From a virus: a stretch of DNA of 64,000 nt. This document shows, in pieces, positions 58,041 through 64,000 of this stretch. The number at the start of each line of letters is the position of its first letter. The stretch's first letter is position 1. The notes under the pieces were generated by a model that did no database searches, was not told where the DNA came from, and saw only the letters and a program-made list of their open reading frames with translations. The stretch is taken from IMG/VR virus record IMGVR_UViG_3300005563_000030, positions 32,001-96,000 of that record; one strand, given 5' to 3'. The position numbers and the translations under genes are program-made.

Positions 58041-58427
58041 ATGAAAAAGCTATTGTTGCTTTTAACTATGTTTATCTCTTTAGTAGTTATTGCTAAACCA
58101 TTACCACAGAACAAGCATGTAGCATTCAAAACGCGGGAAGTACCAACGGTAGACGTGTGGTATGAAACAAGTGAACGTCGTGTTGATATAACAGTCAGAC
58201 GCGCATTCGCATACACTACATGTGAGTATACAACAGTTCAGGTAAGGTTGTATACTAGTTTTAAGTATGGGTGGCCAAGACAAACTTATTGGACGTGGCT
58301 TTGGTGTTCATGTTCTGTCACTATTCCTGCTGGTTCAGACACAGGTTATTTCTCGTTCTATTTAAAGGATGGGGAACAAATTGATGTCAATCAGTACATG
58401 GTAGATCCATTACAGTATTGTTACTAA
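58041..58427 (+). CDS. Secreted hypothetical protein (signal peptide MKKLLLLL...)
   Basis: Start moved to ATG 58041 because the upstream ORF extension is the ribozyme. Confidence 0.6.
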   Translation: MKKLLLLLTMFISLVVIAKPLPQNKHVAFKTREVPTVDVWYETSERRVDITVRRAFAYTTCEYTTVQVRLYTSFKYGWPRQTYWTWLWCSCSVTIPAGSDTGYFSFYLKDGEQIDVNQYMVDPLQYCY

Positions 58428-58659
58428 CTTGGTAAGAGGTATGATATAGTTCTTAAAAAATCCATCAATCAATAATCAATGACAAGCAACGGTACATTAG
58501 CGGTTTCCTTGTATTTCTTGATAGCAGCCGTACTACTGGCTGTTGTGTTAAGAATTTCGAGGAAAAAATGAAAAACAACCTAATAGGCTACATTTTGATA
58601 GCTATTGCCATCGTAATTTATTCAATCCTGATTTGTAATTTCTAAACCCATTATAAACA

Positions 58660-59373
58660 ATGAGAAAGATTCTTTTAATCCTAGCCCTTATAGTATCTAT
58701 TGCTTCTTGTAAGAAGAGCATGGATTCTACACCTAAAGATCATCAGCGAGCTGCATACTTTGTGGGAGCTATTGGATCTGGTGGTGATACTGTATTTACC
58801 CCCGGAATGTGGGCTCGTGTCGAAACTGTAGGCTTAGTTGTAGCTGAAGACAGCAAGTTGAGAGCTGAACTGATGTCCTATCAAAATATCGGTGGGATTG
58901 CTTATTACACAGTTAGAATGACTAATAAGCAACCATATCAAGTAATCTTGAGATGGGGATGGGATAACATTAATCCTACTAGCATTCAACCGAATGATAG
59001 TACTGCTAATACAGATCAAAGTGATGTACTGAAACCAAGTCAGGTTAAAGTATATACTGTGATTGGATTACCTAAGATTGGTAGAATTAAGGTACAGGCT
59101 CAACATATTAATAATGATGGAGCTAACTCAAGTACCTTGATAGTAGAGATCACAGCGGCTGTATTACCTGTCACATATTTAGCTCATAAAGCTTCATATG
59201 ATGATGTATTACACATTGTAACATTATCATTTACAGTGGATGATCCAACTCAGGCGGACACATATGTCATTCAAAGACAAACAAACGGTCCACGTGAGGT
59301 GATATATCAATTCACTTCTGATAAGAAAACTAAATCTTACAACATTCCCATTTTCACAGATGAAAACAATTAA
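58660..59373 (+). CDS. Putative lipoprotein
   Basis: Lipobox IASC-KK; C-terminal VLPVTY...TLSF...YVIQR Ig-like module. Confidence 0.65.
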   Translation: MRKILLILALIVSIASCKKSMDSTPKDHQRAAYFVGAIGSGGDTVFTPGMWARVETVGLVVAEDSKLRAELMSYQNIGGIAYYTVRMTNKQPYQVILRWGWDNINPTSIQPNDSTANTDQSDVLKPSQVKVYTVIGLPKIGRIKVQAQHINNDGANSSTLIVEITAAVLPVTYLAHKASYDDVLHIVTLSFTVDDPTQADTYVIQRQTNGPREVIYQFTSDKKTKSYNIPIFTDENN

Positions 59374-59944
59374 AATTATTATTGCAGCTACATTGCTGTT
59401 GATCGGTATGTCCTGTTTTATTTCTTGTACTGGTGCCCGTCACGGGTGTTACGCAACGAGACATTTCTCAGGATATTAACTAATGATGGATGCCACAATA
59501 ACGCTAAGACCAGTTCATGTGTACATATGGAGTGGCATCCATCTTTCTTTAATCTTAAAGTTATGCCTCAAATTCAAAAGTATTTGGTAACTTATACAAG
59601 TTCTAAGCCAAACGAGCCTGCTATCAAAACTTATGGTATTTTCGCCAAAAAGTATAATCAGGCTATCAGTGAAGTACGTGTTTATATTAATAAGCATGGC
59701 TTACACAATTCCACTACTCACACATTTAATCTTGAAGCAGCTCCTTCTAATAAGAAAGCTGATGTAGAGATTGAAGATATTTCGGAAGAGGAATAGTTTA
59801 TGTGCATACAGGAAACACTCAGAGAGGTTCCCTGTAGGTCTATGTATAGAGCAATAGCTGAGACACTTTACGGAGAGTGTCAAGGCTATTGTTCTTTATG
59901 TAGGTTTAGGTCTATACGACGCTGAAACATAAACCTGTTTAATT

Positions 59945-60187
59945 ATGAAGAGACTCTTGTTGATCTGCGGAGTCTTTTTGTTCTGCACTGCTATAGCGCA
60001 GGATAAAAAGCCGTTGCCTAGCAATCACTGTCTAGGTCTTACGAAAAAGGGTGATTCTTGTCGAACTGTACCCAAAGAAGGCAAGTATTGCAAATGGCAT
60101 GACCCAAATGCAATGCGATGTGCTAAACAGGGCTGTCATATGCTAGTGTCCCACAAAGGAGACTATTGCATATATCACTTAAAATGA
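59945..60187 (+). CDS. Secreted Cys/His-rich small protein
   Basis: Signal peptide, C..TKKG..C......YC.WH motif and a second YC.YH. Confidence 0.5.
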   Translation: MKRLLLICGVFLFCTAIAQDKKPLPSNHCLGLTKKGDSCRTVPKEGKYCKWHDPNAMRCAKQGCHMLVSHKGDYCIYHLK

Positions 60188-60501
60188 GTAGCTATGAGTA
60201 TAGTTGTTGACGACCACTATGCTATATTTATTCATTGTGATACCACAAATATTCAAATACCCATCGTCACTAAAGTTAATTCTGCACTCCATAAGTTCCT
60301 TGAACAGATGGGGAAACAGTACCTCGTAGGCTCATTAGAAGACTGCGAGAGGTTAGCCAATGATATTATAGCTGATGAGAAAGGAGAGTAATCTCCTTTC
60401 TCTTTAATGTTAATAGAACTAAAAGCCTGACAAGTAGAGAAAGAAATTGCTTAGAGATAAGCAAGTATGTTCTATTTATTAACATTAAAAACAGTTCAGT
60501 T

Positions 60502-61077
60502 ATGATTAAAGTGTTAAGACACGGGAATGTTATTTCCGTACAGAATCCAATCACGGGCGAGTACAACGAAATGATTAATGTCACATTTGTTGAAGAAGGA
60601 AGAGCTGGTGCAGATAAGGGGATGTTTGAAACATCTGCTTTCTTATCAGCTTTGACTGGAGAACAGGTAGGGCTTAGTCAATTAAGAACGCACACACATC
60701 CTGTGCTTTCTACTAAGATAGGATTATTTCCTGTCGGTCAGGAATTCCCTGGTCATATCAATCGTGGTATGTACAGTACACCGCAGATTCGTCAGCAACT
60801 TGACAAAGATGCTCGACTTATTGATGGTAGACCTACGTACTTCAAGACATGGATTTCTGAAAGAGCTGAGGATGATGTAGACATGCGTATGGATAATAAT
60901 ATATTTGTGCAAGCAAACTCAAATGCATTATTTACTGCGAATGTTGGAGCCGCCAATGTGAATGTGGTTAAAGCAAACCGGCCTGAGGGTGGAAATCCGA
61001 GCAATACGGATGTAGAAGGTGCTAATTATGGACCTGCTAACGTGCTCGGAGATGCATTACAGAAAGGTCAACAATAA
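60502..61077 (+). CDS. Hypothetical early protein
   Basis: ORF track; followed by a terminator. Confidence 0.6.
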   Translation: MIKVLRHGNVISVQNPITGEYNEMINVTFVEEGRAGADKGMFETSAFLSALTGEQVGLSQLRTHTHPVLSTKIGLFPVGQEFPGHINRGMYSTPQIRQQLDKDARLIDGRPTYFKTWISERAEDDVDMRMDNNIFVQANSNALFTANVGAANVNVVKANRPEGGNPSNTDVEGANYGPANVLGDALQKGQQ

Positions 61078-61083
61078 CCCGCA

Positions 61084-61122
61084 GTAGAGGGAGAGTTTTT
61101 AAGTCCTCTCCCTCTACATTTT
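61084..61122 (+). terminator. Intrinsic terminator
   Basis: GTAGAGGGAGAG...CTCTCCCTCTAC followed by ATTTTT. Confidence 0.7.
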
Positions 61123-61621
61123 TAAACCAAAACCAATGATCTGGTACTATCTGATTGAAACACTATCAGAGGAGGAACTTCGTCGATGTTCGATAGAGCT
61201 TATATATAATAAATATAACTCTTCAGCATGGATGCAAGCTTTGATAGAGGGATCTGCTATTATGAAACGTGAATCTTTTCCATTCAATCCCAATTAACTA
61301 CCTGATTCTATTTTTTTCGCACCTAATGTTTTCTAAAACATCCATTATGATAAGCAAAACAAACAGAGTAGCGTTATTCTCTGATATTGGAAAGACCAAT
61401 ATGTTTGTTTCTTCTAAGCCTCTGCATACCCGTGAAAACTGTCCGCTATGGAAAGACCCGGCACCAAAGGAAGAAGAGCACATCTATCAAAAGATTGGCC
61501 CTAATAAAGCTATTACTTTTGATAAGCGAACCGTAGTTCATTTTCTCGCAAACGAAGAGGTTATTCCTTGCGTAATTGAAAACAATGTAGCGTTATAATC
61601 ATTTTAATCAATTTTAATTCT

Positions 61622-62101
61622 ATGGAACTAAAACGAAGCATTTGGCTTGCTTCTACTAAGAGTATTGGCTCATATAGAAAGTTTAAGTTACACCACATTC
61701 CGAAAGATGTGAAGTTGGAACTAGCTCGCTATTCAACATTTGATGGCATTCCAAGAGCTGTTTTAGAAGACAGGATATTGAAAACCATTAAGCAGTCTTT
61801 ACGAGTACGTGGAATTAATTGGTTAGCGAAGATGCGCACTAGTTTTCTTAAGTATGAGAGTAAACTCACTCAACAAATTCGTGCCTTGGAAGGAGAGGTA
61901 ATACGAACCAAGAACATTTTGAAGGACCACTGGCCTAGTCTGGAAGATCCTAATACAAGTGTTGAAAGTGTTATCAGATATTACAAGTTGCGCGAAGATT
62001 ACCTAAAAGCTAAGATAAAACTGGAAAGTTTTGTTGAACATCGTAAGAATATCAAAAAGCGTTTAGAAACCGATGCTGATGGTATCTTACTGGAAAAGTA
62101 A
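61622..62101 (+). CDS. Hypothetical basic coiled-coil protein
   Basis: ORF track. Confidence 0.55.
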   Translation: MELKRSIWLASTKSIGSYRKFKLHHIPKDVKLELARYSTFDGIPRAVLEDRILKTIKQSLRVRGINWLAKMRTSFLKYESKLTQQIRALEGEVIRTKNILKDHWPSLEDPNTSVESVIRYYKLREDYLKAKIKLESFVEHRKNIKKRLETDADGILLEK

Positions 62102-62355
62102 TACTAACCAGTTTAATCTATGTCATGCAGTTCCACACTCCACAAAAAATAATGCGAGTAGAAGTTCCGACATTCGCCAAGAAAGGCGATGAAATCGTAT
62201 GTCCTGAAAAGATATTCACAAAAGAAGAATATCCCCATTTAAAAAATGATCTGGTAAAAATTACAGGTCAGAATGGTCAGAAGATATATGTTAATCGGAA
62301 AAAGATTAGCGCTATGGATGTGTAATTCTTTTTAAATTTTATTCAATTGTCAATT

Positions 62356-62961
62356 ATGAATCTGAATTCCTTTATTGGATCTAAGAGTCCTGTTATTCTC
62401 GTAGCAAATGATACCCTCGAAGGTAAACCACTGATTACGCCATTTAAAGATGCCCAAGGTAACCCCAAAACTGATAACAATGGTAACCCTATCGGTAGCA
62501 TCCGTTTGGAACAGAGCCAGAACACGCTCAATGGTGGCTTCCTGAATGCTAGTACTCGTGTTGCATTCCTTGGTGCTTCTATCAAGGTTCTTGAAAAAAT
62601 TATCAACGATAACAAGCTTAAAGCTGGTTCACAAGTACCCGGTAAAATTGTGATTGAAGAGGCTTTGGAACCATTCCATCCCAATCAAAAGCCCAAAATC
62701 AATCCACAGTCTGGTATGATAATCCAGATTGAAGTTGATGGTAAGCTGCACGACATTTATATGCGTATGCGCTATACAGATAAAGAAACTGAAACTGATT
62801 CATTACTGCGTACAGCAGGAGCTGTGCGAAACGTGTTAAACGCTAGTGTGGTCAACAAAGCAGTAAATGAGATTCAGAATAAACCCGTCCCTGAACAAGC
62901 TGGCATTCCTGGGAATGACAAACCTGCTGAAGCTCCAGCAATGGAGAAAGTAGGTGGTTAA
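62356..62961 (+). CDS. Hypothetical protein (possibly OB-fold/ssDNA-binding-like)
   Basis: GSIRLEQ...PGKIVIEE...PKINP pattern; ATG 62356. Confidence 0.5.
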   Translation: MNLNSFIGSKSPVILVANDTLEGKPLITPFKDAQGNPKTDNNGNPIGSIRLEQSQNTLNGGFLNASTRVAFLGASIKVLEKIINDNKLKAGSQVPGKIVIEEALEPFHPNQKPKINPQSGMIIQIEVDGKLHDIYMRMRYTDKETETDSLLRTAGAVRNVLNASVVNKAVNEIQNKPVPEQAGIPGNDKPAEAPAMEKVGG

Positions 62962-63017
62962 TCCGCCTGATATAACAAATATTTATTAACAAGTTGTGGT
63001 GTATAAGCTGGTACTGA

Positions 63018-63290
63018 ATGCTACCAGCTTATATTTTTCCATCAAATTTCAATGCAAATGTTATGTTAGTATTTGTAAGAAAAGATAAGAAGAAAGCTAG
63101 TAGATTTTACAGCTTTACACAAATAAGTAATTATCTCCGCGACGAGATATTAACTAAACAAGAGCAGGATGAATTAGCTAGACGAGCCTTAAAACTCCTA
63201 GATGCTTCTCATCTGGAATTTGATTTGATTGAATATTACAAGAATATATTTAATCACTACTTAAATTGTGAAGCATGTTCAAATTCCTAG
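63018..63290 (+). CDS. Hypothetical protein
   Basis: ORF track. Confidence 0.4.
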   Translation: MLPAYIFPSNFNANVMLVFVRKDKKKASRFYSFTQISNYLRDEILTKQEQDELARRALKLLDASHLEFDLIEYYKNIFNHYLNCEACSNS

Positions 63291-63488
63291 CAATGATATT
63301 AGTTACTACACTGGTAGCTTATGGTGTTGCTTATGCAATTGTTCTTATAACTATGGGGTTGTTGGGATGTATTGTGGGATTGATATTAGTGGCATTAGCA
63401 CTAGCCTTCTTCATATTCATAACGAACAAACTTAAACCTTAACCCTTTTTTTTAACAGAAATTGTTTTAATCTCAAACATTAATAAAC

Positions 63489-64000
63489 ATGAAAAAGTTA
63501 ATCCCTGTATTAATTATCCTCTTTATTTTAGGTCTTGGTGGCTATAAGTACTATTCTTTTAAGCATCCGCAACCCGTAGAAATGAACACCATAACTGTTC
63601 CTGCTACGGATGGTACTAAAGTGAATACTACAGCTCTTACCGGTGGCGATATTGCTAAAGCCAATGCTTCCAGCCTGAATATTCAGATGGACCCTGTCAT
63701 GAATGGTACCTATAAAGGTGTCGTTGAAGTAGGTGCCAGTGGGTTCAACGCCTTCGTTGTAAATATTGACAAAGACAAGAATTGGGAACTCGTGTCAAAA
63801 GAATTTGGTTCTTCTCTCGCATGGGAAGGCTTTGCTAATACGTCTGATATTTACACACAGTTGAAAACATACATTGGCTCCATTGCAAATAAAGGTGTAG
63901 CTGGTCGTAATATCCAGTTTGTAGTGTCATCTGGTGCCCTGAAGGTAAAGAATATTGAAATGGTGATGAAAGCTATTGAAGAGAAGGGATTTGTGGTAAA
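63489..64000 (+). CDS. Membrane-anchored protein with ASKHA/Ppx-GppA-like N-terminal motif, truncated by the window end
   Basis: MKKLIPVLIILFILGLGG..., then GVVEVGASGFNAFVV (phosphate-1-like) and FVVSSGA. Confidence 0.5.
   Translation, partial: MKKLIPVLIILFILGLGGYKYYSFKHPQPVEMNTITVPATDGTKVNTTALTGGDIAKANASSLNIQMDPVMNGTYKGVVEVGASGFNAFVVNIDKDKNWELVSKEFGSSLAWEGFANTSDIYTQLKTYIGSIANKGVAGRNIQFVVSSGALKVKNIEMVMKAIEEKGFVV

Noticed and set aside
60372-60404. Second CTGATGA followed by a hairpin
   Set aside because: No GAAA core or stem III partner; more simply a terminator-like hairpin at a gene end

Overview
This window is part of a crAss-like phage genome (Crassvirales) with a Bacteroidota host, using the standard genetic code. 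Positions 1-~53,500 are on the minus strand and hold the late/virion module: a giant virion RNA polymerase (>3,480 aa, runs off the window start, GADFDIDK motif), cargo/ejection proteins, tail stabiliser and ring proteins, Cys-rich fibre proteins, major capsid, scaffold-like protein, portal, terminase and HU/IHF-like proteins. These are driven by Bacteroidota TAnnTT(T/C)G promoters. From ~53,600 the plus strand carries small early genes separated by structured spacers, one of which is a type III hammerhead ribozyme. Main observation: 23 of the 25 tRNA(-like) genes sit in three operons (46.9-49.7 kb). Each operon is preceded by a host-type promoter, a short leader-peptide ORF and a mutually exclusive terminator/antiterminator pair. 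In every leader, an uninterrupted run of codons specifies only, and all of, the amino acids whose tRNAs lie in that operon (VIIAGRGAERIVK; YLLSYLSSLSY; NNWHNTFNNFTPDQQD). This looks like ribosome-stalling attenuation that turns on matching phage tRNAs when host tRNAs become limiting. Product names for structural genes rest on motifs and crAss synteny, not on database searches.
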